A stretch of 20,000 nt of DNA, taken from assembly GCA_031835245.2 (NCBI GenBank), contig JAVKOQ020000043.1, positions 240,625 through 260,624 on the forward strand, in the 5' to 3' direction. The stretch comes from Balamuthia mandrillaris (Eukaryota). Both the position numbers and the translations under genes were made by a program. This document shows positions 1-13,490 of the stretch, piece after piece (positions within the stretch are counted from its first letter, which is position 1; each line of letters starts with the position of its first letter). Under the pieces are notes generated by a model. The model saw only the letters and a list, made by a program, of their open reading frames with translations. It did no database searches and was not told the origin of the DNA.

Positions 1-636
1 TTCTTGCAGCTCTAAACATAACCACCCACGTGTTGCGGCCAGGAGGCACCTTTGTGGCCAAGATATTCCGAGGGAAGGATGTGACCCTGCTGTACTCCCA
101 GCTGAAAGTATTTTTCCCACAAGTCACCATCGTCAAGCCCAAAAGCAGTCGTAACTCTAGCATTGGTATGTATTTGTTATGTTTGCTTTTGTATTTGTTG
201 TTCAACGAACAACAAAAACTGATGAACGTGTCACGTATCCTGCTAGAGGCGTTCGTGCTTGGGCAAAACTATCAACCACCAAAGGACTATGTCCCCACCA
301 TCATCAATCCAATGCTGGATCATCATTATGGTATGAAAATCTCTCTGCTCTTCCTTTCTCGCCAACGAATGAATTCATTTGAGTGCCCAGATTTATTCAC
401 TCCCTGTTCCCTCTTTATCAACAGCGAGCAACAACGAGTTTCTTGGCCCCAACCGAATGATAGTGCCGTTCATTGCTTGCGGTGACCTCAGTGGCTTTGA
501 TGCGGATAGCGCCTACGAGCTGGATGAAGCCTCCACCAATTACACTACCCTCAACCCAACCCAATCTCCCATCAATCCACCTTACCAACAAGCTCTGCAG
601 CGAAAGCGTGGAGCAGGACCGCAACAGGACGAATAA
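1..636 (+). CDS. TRM7: tRNA (cytidine32/guanosine34-2'-O)-methyltransferase, Trm7/FTSJ1 family; 3' part only
   Basis: Exons <1-165, 247-330, 425-636, with GT-AG introns 166-246 and 331-424. Spliced product [26 protein letters not shown]...[14 protein letters not shown]...[16 protein letters not shown]...TQSPINPPY. These are FtsJ-family motifs plus the Trm7-type C-terminal VPFIACGDL and PINPPY motifs. Confidence 0.93.
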
Positions 637-2771
637 TCCAAAGGGGAAAAAAAATAAAATTCATTCATTTTGGCCTTGCTGGGCTTCTGTTTGTCCAGAT
701 CATTTCCGATTCCCACAGCATTTACCAGTTGAAGTCCCCTTGGACTTATTTTACCCGTCACAGTAGTAACAGCATAGCTGATCACCACTTTAATTATTAG
801 TAGTAATAAAAAGTTTATTTGCTCTGAGAGCAACACCAATCTATACATAAAAAGTAAGCCAAACACTTTAATTATTAAAATTCCATAAATAGAATATGCA
901 TCGCATTTTGAATAAATAGGACCAAATGAAGGCAACCGCATCACAGCAACGACACCTCCATTTTTAAACAAGAGAAAGGAGGACAACCTCGCACGTGTGC
1001 TCGCATGATGGACTTGCTGGGATTTTCTTTGTGGGTGTGCAGCGCTAACTGTGCCCGGCGCATACTGTCACTTTTGGGTTGTCTCTGGTCGGGGAGAGAG
1101 CTGTACTCTCGATTGACTGACCGGCTACAACGCTACGGCCCGTGAAAAAAAAATAAAAATAAAAGACGCACCAAATAAACCGCACAAATTGGCCCGGTTT
1201 TTTTTTTTCGGTACAACATTACTTTCTTTTTTTGAGGTGCAACAAGTAAAGAAAAGCGCAAAAAAAAAAAGCAAGAGAAAGAAAGACGTGGCTTTATTTT
1301 GTTGCGCTGCACACCGCCACACCACCACCAAAGTGAAAGTAGTTGTAGCCCTTTGGAGGGGAAAAAAATAACAAAGACGAAAAAGAAGGGCGGCTTGTAA
1401 GTCCACCCCCTCCATCCTCTTCTCTCCCTTTTTCTTTGTTTGCACGAAGAGAGAGAGAGAAAAAAAGGGCGAACTACTTTTTTTATTTGGGTGTGTTTGA
1501 AGACTTGACACATTCTCTGTTGGGTGCTCGTCAAGGTCTCTTTTGAAAGAAAGACACGCCGAACAAAAACAGAGAAAAAACAGAGAAAAGAAAAGGGTAC
1601 GTGCTCTTCTCCAGCCTATTTGCTCGCATCGCATGGTGGTCGATTTATTTTTTTGTTTCTGACCTTTCAACCCGTCAGATCGTTTTTTTTTTTATTTTTT
1701 TGCTTCGGCGTTTTTCTTTTTCTCCTCCTCCTTTCACCTATTTTTATTGATTCGTATGTTTGTGTGTGCGTGCGTGCGTGTGTGCGTGTGTGAACTCCAA
1801 AAATCTTTCCTTTGAACTGACAGTTTTTTTTTCTCGGCTTTGTAAACTCCCCTCACATCAAAATAGGAGGAAGGAGTTTTATTTCATTCTTTTGCGACGT
1901 TCATTCCAGAAAGAGGAACCAAAACCGCTTTTTTTTTTTCAAACAAAACACCTTCGTCTTCTCCTCCTTCTTCTTCATCTTCATCATCTTCTTCTTCTGC
2001 TCAACGAAAACTTTTTGTGGAAAGAAGCCAACAAAAAACCAAAAAAAAAAAAATAATCAAACGGCCGACCATTCCCATTTTTTCGTTCTTTTTTTTGTTT
2101 GGTGGTTTACCGCGCCGGTCTCATACCTTTTTTTTTTTCCCTTCCCCTGCGTGGGTCTTCCAATAGGTTCGTACCTTTGTTGTTTATTGTTTGTTTTTCG
2201 TCTTCGTGTCTTTGTGTGTGGTATGGGGGAGGACAGATAACACCTTCCTCCCTGTTGTCACTCCCTTTCTTTTGATGTTTTTGTGGATTTTCGCTCGCTT
2301 CAAACTGGCTTGCAATCCACAAAAAATCCACTTGAAGCAACTTCATACAACCCCCATTTATATTGGCTTGTTGAATGGCCGCTTTTTGATTATTATTATT
2401 TTTAAAATCAGAGTTCATATCTCAACCCACACAACAACATACTGCTTCCATCCACCCCACCCCTCCCCTCCGTTCATCTTCTTTTAATCGGCTTTTCGAC
2501 TCACATTTTTCATTTTGCAACCGAACCCAACCATTATTTGCAGGTTGTGACTTTTTATTTTGCTTGACACATACATCAACAGCGTAAACAGCGAACGAAC
2601 GGACGATCACGTTTTGATTGTTTTCTTTTTTTTGTTTATTTCTTTTTGAAGTTTTTTGTTTCGTTTATTTTTGTTTATTTTTGTTCTATTTTTTGTTAGT
2701 TTTTGCCATTTTTTTTTTGAAGAGCGAGCGAGCCACGAACCTACGACAAAATATCTACACCCATAGTATCT

Positions 2772-5700
2772 ATGATGCAAATGATGCACGCTTCATCTTT
2801 CTACGGTAGCGGAGGAGAGGGAGATACCTTGCTCACGAGAGGCTTGGGCTTGTTCGGTGGTAGCCACGACAGCAGCGGCCACAGCTTCGAGGAAGTTCCT
2901 CTGTCTTCCTCTTCTTCCTCTTCGGCAATGGGCGGCTTGGGCTTCGCCTCTCCTTCACCACATCACCACCACTTACGCAATTCTCCGTTCTCTCCTTCCT
3001 TTTCTTCTTCCTCGTCATCTTCTTCGTCTTCTTCGTCGAATGGAGCTTCTTCCTCTTCTTCTTCAGTGAGGGGAGCGTTGTCACACTCGCCCTCACCTCC
3101 TTCTTCCTCTTCGCCTCGGGGTGAATGGAGCTCTTCTGACCCCTTTGACCCGGCCCAGCTTATGTCCAGTATCCAGGACCTTGGCATAGATGGCTTAGAC
3201 CCTTTGGACGATCCCACCTTGTTCAAAACGGCAGTACGTTCTCCTTTTCTCTACAGATAAGAACGAGAGAAAACCTATCGTCACCATTTTAACAAAATGA
3301 ACCTATTTTCTATTCATAGCCAAGTCCAAGAACAACGGCGGCGTGCTCTCCAATTGGCGCGTCCGCGCCATCTCAGTCTTTCTTCCATTCACCGCCTCCT
3401 TCACATATGGATTCGCTGTTTAGGTAAGTTTCTATTTCTTTTGCCTCTCACATTAGCTGACATTCTCTCTCTGTTTTTTCTTTATCTTTCAGCTCTCATC
3501 CATTTCAAACGAGCAGGTCTCCTTCCTTCCCACCACAAGACTTCAATCGTACTCGTAGTCCCGAGACTGTACCACACTTTTCTCCTCCGTCATCACGCTC
3601 GATGTTTGATGCTCAGGTCTCTCCTCGTGTCCACCCCGAGGCTGAAGACGACGACCATGAGGATAGTGAAAACCATCAGTTTGAGTTAGATGACGAGTTG
3701 CGCGACTCTGCTTGGGAACGAACTGGAAATGGAAGTTCTATGGAGCATCCCTCTCGCACACTTTTCGTGCGTAATATCAGCGGTTCAGTCTCAGATGAAG
3801 AGTTGCTTCAATTGTTTGGGGTATGTTTTCTTTACCTCTTTTTGCATTTTCGTTTTCTTTTCAATTATCAGCAAGGAGAGAGATGAGGGGATCGTTGGCG
3901 AAGATTATTTGTTAAACGTCACAGAAGGACAATGGAACAGAGTGAGAGAAGGAATGGTGTGGATTGTGAAATCTGATCGTGACCCAAATTTTCAGACAAT
4001 AACAGCACCGAGCGGACGTGTTTCCTCTCCCGATGGGGAAATACGAGCAGAGAATAACATTCGGAGCATGTACACCCAATGCAAACACCGTGGTTTTGTC
4101 ATGGTTTCGTACTATGATCTCCGTCAAGCGCAGCTCGCTATGCTGCAATTGCAAAACAAAGTGTTGCGTGGGAGAAAGCTGGACATTCATTATGCCACTC
4201 CCAAGGTGAGCACATGAGATAGAATCCATTCTCTAGCGAAGCATCAAATTTGCCTTTGTTTTCGAGAGTTCCTGTTCCTGCTCTCTTCTTTACTCATGTG
4301 TTGTCATTTCTAGGACAATCCTTCTGCTCAAGAGCAACAACAAGGAACGCTGGTGGTGTTCAACCTCCACCCGGCCATTACCAACGAGGAGCTGCGAAAC
4401 ATCTTCGGTGTGCATGGCGAAATCAAAGAGATACGTTCCTCCCTCAACAAGAAGCATCACAGGTTCGTCGAGTTTTACGACGTGCGTCACGCTGAGAGCG
4501 CAATGAAGTATCTGCACAAGACAGAGATAATGGTAACTGCTTTTTTTTTCGTACCCTTTTGAAGTGTGGGACTAACAAGTCGTTGTTTTTCAATGTTTCA
4601 GGGGAAGAAGATAAAAATTGAGCCCTCTCGTCCTGGTCGTGTGCTAAAAGAGGGCTCTGCTGCTATTCCTTCAACATCTGTGCAGACTCTGTCTTCTGCT
4701 CCACTAAGAGATCAACAACAATCACAACAGCAGCAATATCATCAACAGCCGCAACAACAGCAACATCACTACCATCCTCAACAGCAAAGCAACCATCACC
4801 ACTTCGATTTTGATCCCTCCTTAGACGAGGAGTCACACCTCCACTCTCTCTCCTTCCTCTCTCCGTCTCCCTCTTCATCCGCCTTTGGAGTCATGCGCCC
4901 CAGCTCCTCCGGAAGCAACAACTGGAGTGGCCCTTATCTTCATCCTTCTCAACAACAGTTTTCCATGCACAGCTCTCAACCTTTCTCTCAACCCTATCCC
5001 GGGCACTCTCCCTCATCGCACTCTGCTAGCTTTCTTCACTCGGACCAGATGAATACGAGCTTCAGCACCAGTCTGAGAAACGCTCCGCTGCCCTCCGAGT
5101 TCTCCCCTTCCCCTTCCTCTTCTCTTCTTCATTCCCGCTATTCGGCATCGGCTCCTCCAGTTTATCCCAGCGGCACCCTTCGCCCCAGTAACAGCGCCAG
5201 CAATAGCCCACCTATGAGCAGCCAACATCCTGGTTGGGGTCGAGCGCCCTCTCCCAATCTTACATCCCCCCATCAGTACGTCCTCTCTCTCTCTCTCTCT
5301 CTCTCTCTGAGAACTTGAGGACTTATTTTTTTTTTGCAAACAACAAGAATGAGTGGCTTTCTGTCTACTAGTGCTGGAATGGCAGATAACAGACACAAGG
5401 CGCCTGGCGCTCCAGTAGGACCCATTTCCTCAACCCCACCCCACAAAGGCCTTTCCCACAGGATGGGTGGTAGCACGAGGCCCTCTTCGTCCTTCACACA
5501 ACCTCCCTCCGTGAAGGGCATGTACAACAACAGTCGCATGGAAATGCCCTCGCTCACTCAGCAGCAACAAAAGCAGCAGTTCATGTCTTCCTCTCTTGTT
5601 GGTATTGGTGTCGGCCCGCGTTCGCTCAACACCAACGGACAAGCGCCACCTGCTAGGCCGTTCAATGGCAACGGCAACATGCTGGAGGCTCTTTATGCAC

Positions 5701-6316
5701 CACAGCGTCATGAAGACCAGAACCCGTTCGCTCTGGACGTGGTGGAGGTCAGGAGCGGAAGGGAAAAGAGAACTACCCTGATGATCAAGAACATTCCTAA
5801 TAAGTACAGCCAAAAGATGCTCTTGGCTGCGGTGGACGAGAACAATAAGGGCAAATACGACTTTTTCTATCTCCCTATCGACTTTAAGGTTTGTCGTCCG
5901 TATCTGTTATCTTCTTTTTTTTTCCTTGCTAATGCGTGTTTTTTTCAACAAAAAATTAATAGAACAAATGCAACGTCGGTTATGCGTTCGTCAACTTTAT
6001 CAAACCTTGTTACATTCCTGAATTTTACGAAGAGTTCAACGGAAAGAGATGGGAGAAGTTCAACAGTGAGAAGGTCTGCGCCATCACCTTCGCCCGCATC
6101 CAAGGCAAGGCCAACCTTATCGCCCACTTCCAAAACTCCAGCTTGATGTCGGAAGATCGTAAGTGTCGCCCTATCATATTCCACAGCGATGGCCCCAACG
6201 TAGGCGAGCAGGAGCCCTTCCCTGTCGGCTCCAATATTCGCTTGAGGCGTAAGGAGCCCATCACCATCACCACCACCACCACCACTAAGCACAGAGATTC
6301 TCGCATTGGAGAATGA
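2772..6316 (+). CDS. mei2: Mei2-like RNA-binding protein (RRM1, RRM2, C-terminal Mei2-type RRM3; Ser/Pro/Gln/His-rich disordered linkers)
   Basis: Inferred exons 2772-3233, 3320-3423, 3493-3820, 3996(or 3876)-4205, 4314-4532, 4602-5275, 5372(or 5348)-5888, 5963-6316. Motifs: EHPSRTLFVRNI, CKHRGFVMVSYYDLR, LDIHYATPKDNPS, GTLVVFNL, FVEFYDVRHA, KIKIEPSRPG. RRM3 signature: RTTLMIKNIPNKY...YDFFYLPIDFKNKCNVGYAFVNF...WEKFNSEKVCAITFARIQG...HFQNSSLM. The start codon and two acceptor sites are uncertain. Confidence 0.93.
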
Positions 6317-6760
6317 ATGGAACTTTGCTGGTAAGCTTTTGTTTGCTTGTTGTAGTTGAACTCTTCTCACATTCGAAACTCTTCAGATTCGCCTCCAACA
6401 CATTTTTTTTTTCTAAAGAAGTCTGTGACGCTCTTTTCCTGGAAGGAAGCAGAAGGACATTACGGCAAAAGTTAGCTGTATATTTCGTTGGAGGCATTTT
6501 TTCTGTGCCTCTGTTTTTTTGTTAATCTTGTTTATCATTTTTTCTCCGTTGTCACTTGCGGAGAATCTTTTTTGTTATCTCTGTTTTTTTTTTGTTTGCA
6601 CTTCTTATTTTTGTTCAGTTTTCCATTTTGTTGTTAGTGATAGCCGCTTTGTTACTTTGGGATTAGTTTTTTTTGGACCTATTATTATTATTAAAAGGAA
6701 TAGTTTTGCTCTTCAACTTTTTGTTTTTGTATTTCGCTTTCGTTTCATTTGCTCTGTTGT

Positions 6761-7057
6761 TTAGTTGTTGAAGCTACTGCTAAAACCTGAGTACACAGCG
6801 AACGTGACCAGCGAAGCAGCTATGAATAACGTCACCACCGCAACGGATATCTATCGAGGAATCAGCTCAAGTCCGGAACAAAAAGAGAAAACAGACGACG
6901 AACGGACCATGTTCACGGTGGTAAGCGTGCTCACACAGCAAGGACAACAAGAGGCGCAACAGCCGTCTTCGCCGTGAAGGGGATCGCTGCTCATTCCCAG
7001 AGACAATGAGTCTCCGTGGTGAAGGGCTCCTTCTTCCTCTTTCGAACAACACCCCAT
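6761..7057 (-). CDS. Hypothetical 79-aa Cys-rich, tail-anchored membrane microprotein (two exons)
   Basis: Exon 1 is 7057-6908 (MGCCSKEEEGALHHGDSLSLGMSSDPLHGEDGCCASCCPCCVSTLTTVNM). The 57-nt intron 6907-6851 has a GTCCGT donor, pyrimidine tract, CTGAT branch-like motif and TAG acceptor. Exon 2 is 6850-6761 (ISVAVVTLFIAASLVTFAVYSGFSSSFNN*). The ATG follows an A-rich leader like the other genes, and the coding part is GC-richer than its flanks. Confidence 0.72.
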
Positions 7058-7548
7058 CGTTTTTCTTGTCCTCCTTTTTTGCTCGCCGTCCCTTCCTAGT
7101 TGCCCCCAAACGACATGAGCGTCGTTCCCTTTTTCTGGAGCAAACCATCTTTCTGAATTTCCATTGGCTGAGTTGTGCACCTACGATCATGATTGGATCT
7201 AGCACGAAAGCAATGAAAAGCCATTCGTGCAACTTGGCGAAATTAGCCTGAAAACAGAAAACAGGGAGAAAATAAGCGAAGAAGAAGGGGAAAGGACAAA
7301 CTGGACAAATTCCCCCCTCCTCCTTTTGCCTCGTTGGCGCAGAGCGAAAGCTATTTTTGTCTGGTTGTATTCCTCTGTCTGCCCGCGGGGAGCTAGCTCG
7401 ACCGGACTGCAGACCAGAGGGGAGAACACCGCGTAAACCCGCTGCGTAGTGTTTGAAAAAAAAAAACAACGAGACAAAGCACAGTAAGCAAAGGAAAGGA
7501 AAGGAAAAAACAACAACGTAGAGAGGGGGAGGTTTCATTTCGTGAATA
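7058..7548. promoter_or_regulatory. Putative bidirectional promoter and 5' UTRs between the - strand microprotein gene and the + strand kinase gene
   Basis: 491 bp between divergent ATGs (7057 - and 7549 +). A GC-rich core (about 7330-7450) is flanked by A-rich leaders oriented towards each ATG. Confidence 0.45.
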
Positions 7549-10415
<2,867 letters not shown>

Positions 10416-10639
10416 AGCGAGAACCACCGAACAGACAGGGGGGCAAAATTCTTGCTTCGTCATGGCGTGCATAAAATATAGCGCCAATATATTATATTAG
10501 ATATTCTTTTCCTAGAAAAAATACATGATCAAAAACTTCATGACGACGCGTAAAATCGGATCGATCGGATCTAATCGGAACAAAATCTGATTGGTGGAAA
10601 CGGAAAAAAAGAAAAACGGAGAAAAGCAAAAAAAAAGCA

Positions 10640-12786
10640 ATGCACGGGGAGGAAGCACGGACGGAGATGGACATTGTGGAGACGGAAGGAACCGCCGCTG
10701 CCGCCAACGGAGGAAGTGCCCATGATGGCCCGCTCGCTGCTGCCAGCGGCGAAAGTCCTACTCCTACAGCGGCACAACTGAAGCAGGCGGAGGAGCTGAA
10801 GCAAAAAGGAAATCAATGTTTTGCCGGTTGGTGGCCCTTCAGTCTTTTTTTTTTTTTGGATTTCTTTTTTTTTGTCTATTCGTTTGATGGATCAGTTTTC
10901 TGAGGGCCTCTTTGTTGTTTTTGCTTACCTCAACTTCTCTCTCTCGCTTCCTTAACTTGCGCAGAGTCGAAGTTTGACGCAGCCATTGAGTACTACACAC
11001 AAGCCATCACTCTGGCTCCGAATGCAATTCTTTATTCCAATCGTGCCTTTGGTACAAAAAAACCCATCACTGCTCCTGTTTTTCTTTTGCTTCCTTTTTT
11101 TTTCTTCGCGTTCCGTTCTACCTGCTTTTTTTTTCTTGTAACGTAAAGATTTTTCTCCTCAGCACACATCAAGCTGGAAAACTATGGCAGTGCCATGTCT
11201 GATGCCACTGAAGCTCTGAAATATGATCCCACTTTTGTCAAAGTGAGTGAACGCGTTTTCTTTTTTGTTGCTTAGTCTCGCTTTTTTTTTCTAAAGTGCA
11301 CCTCTCTCAACCATGCTTGCTGCTTTGCAGGCCTATTACCGCAGAGGAACGGCCCACTTGGCCCTGGGCCAGTACAAAGAAGGCTTACAAGACTTTAGAG
11401 AAGTATGCTTTCCTCCGTTTCCTCTTATTTTTTTATTCTGCTCCCTCCGCTTCTCTTGTGTTCCTTCCCCTCTTTCTCACATGGCACGCTATATTAGGCC
11501 GTCAAAATAAAACCCAGAGATAAAGACGTTCGTCTAAAATATAAGAAATGTGAGAAAGCGTATAAAGAGGATCGATTACAGAAAGCTATAGCCTTTGATG
11601 ACGCTACCCCCTCTGTCATCGAGTCTCTTGGGGATGTGGATGCGATGGGTGCGTTATTTTAACCCTTTGCCCATCTTGACTCTCTCTCTATTTGCTTCTC
11701 TACTTCTATTCTCCTTCTCTTTTCCTTCTCATTCCTTTATTACATATAGTTGTGGAGGAGGAATATGATGGGCCACACCTTCCAGACCCAATCACTCTTG
11801 ACTTTGTCATACAAATGATGGAACACTTCCGGAAACAGAAAGTCCTCCATAAAAAGTACATTGCCTTTTCTTTTGAATTTGTAACCATCTTGGCTTTTTA
11901 ACAGCTGCATAAACAGGTACGTTTACAAAATGTTAATAGCTGTGAAAAAGATACTTTCAGAGGAGGAGACATTAGTGCGGGTTCAATTCGACTGCGGCAA
12001 ATTCACAATATTTGGCGATATTCACGGCCAGTACTACGACTTGCTCAATGTCTTTGAGAATCTGAATGGTTATCCCTCTGAGTCCAACCCGTGCCTTTTC
12101 AATGGCGATTTTGTGGATCGAGGTGCTTTATTGTTTTTTTCTTTTGTTTTCATTGTTCCAGTTCTAATTTTTTGTTATCGCTGTACAGGTAGTTTTTCTG
12201 TTGAAGTCATTTTGACTCTCTTCGCCTTCAAGATGTTGTATCCGAAGCACGTCTTCCTCAACAGAGGTAACCATGAAGCGATTACCATGAACAAAGTTTA
12301 TGGCTTTGAGGGAGAAGTACGAGCCAAATATAATCCAGCAACCTACCAACTGTTTTGTGAAGTCTTTTGTCAACTTCCTCTTGCCCATGTTATCAACCAA
12401 AAAGTGCTGGTCGTGCATGGAGGTAATTCTTGCTCTTTCTCAGCTTCCCTACTTCTCTCTTCCCTCTTCTCTATTTTCTATCCATTCTCTCCGTTCTGAC
12501 ATCCAATCGATTGTGAAACCAAAAGGCTTGTTTTCAGAAGACGGCGTTACGCTGGAGAACATACGAAAAACGGACAGGTTCAGGGAACCACCAGATGCCG
12601 GCATCATGTGCGAAGCCCTATGGGCCGACCCACAACCCCTTCCAGGCAGGGCACCGTCCAAACGAGGCGTGGGCCTCTCTTTCGGACCGGACGTCACGAA
12701 GAGATTTTTGGAAGCCAATCGGTTGGACCTTTTGGTTCGTTCTCATGAATGCAGAGATATGGTATATTCTTCGCTTTCTCATCTGT

Positions 12787-12828
<42 letters not shown>

Positions 12829-13196
12829 CTCTCCCTCTTCTCCCCCTTTCTCCGTCAAAACTAAACAATACTCCCCTTGTCCCTAAAACACTGGCATAGG
12901 GTTATCAATTGGATCACGACGGAAAGTGCATTACCGTTTTTTCAGCACCCAACTATTGCGATCAGATAGGTAACAAAGGCGCTATTGTGGTCCTGGACGA
13001 CGAGCTCAAGCCCTCATTCGTCACTTACAGCGCTGTGGTACGTTCCTCTCTCTTCTTCCTTGCTTTCTTTTTTTTTTTTTTTTTTTTTTTGCTCATTGTT
13101 GTTGTTTGCGCTTCCCTTTTCCAACACCACGTGCAGCCCCATCCGAAGGTACCGCCCATGGCCTACGCCTCCAACTTTAGCATGTTTGGCATTTAG
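10640..13196 (+). CDS. PPP5C: Serine/threonine protein phosphatase 5 (three TPRs plus PPP catalytic domain)
   Basis: Inferred exons 10640-10826, 10965-11051, 11163-11242, 11331-11402, 11498-11648, 11750-11855, 11917-12122, 12189-12422, 12526-12761, 12900-13037, 13137-13196. TPRs: [34 protein letters not shown] motifs: [36 protein letters not shown]5 C-terminus [11 protein letters not shown]. Confidence 0.96.
12791..12825. repeat. (CT)n microsatellite in a PP5 intron; similar tracts at about 5283-5308, 9265-9290, 16222-16296 and 16963-16980
   Basis: Dinucleotide runs seen directly, all inside inferred introns. Confidence 0.9.
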
Positions 13197-13490
13197 GGCA
13201 ACCGTTTTTTTTTTTTTTGATAGTTTATCGTCCGCCGATGCCCCAGGCAAACAACTGCCATTGGGCGTTTGATTATTTAAACCTAATAATGAAAACCAAT
13301 ATTTTCAACCAACAATTATTGTTGTGCGCGAATCATTATTATCATTATTATCATTATTCTAAATTATTGTTGGCAAGCCGCTGCTCAGCCTTTTTTTTTT
13401 TTTTTTGGTGGCGTAACAGGGAGAGAGAAGCAAAAAAAAGGGGGAGGCAAACAAAGAAGAAGAAGAAGAAAAAAGGAACTGTACCCCCCA

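Noticed and set aside
582..986. 134-aa - strand ORF
   Set aside because: Non-ATG start, an AT-rich intron-like middle, overlap with the TRM7 3' end and no recognisable motif. Parts could belong to a spliced transcript, but not as this ORF.
985..1145. Spliceosomal snRNA, SRP RNA, U3 or tRNA in the GC-rich island
   Set aside because: No match by eye to conserved U1/U2/U4/U5/U6, SRP or U3 motifs and no cloverleaf; kept only as an unassigned candidate.
1125..2809. Many Phe/Lys-rich ORFs on both strands
   Set aside because: Products of poly-T and poly-A tracts that lack stop codons; no coding signal.
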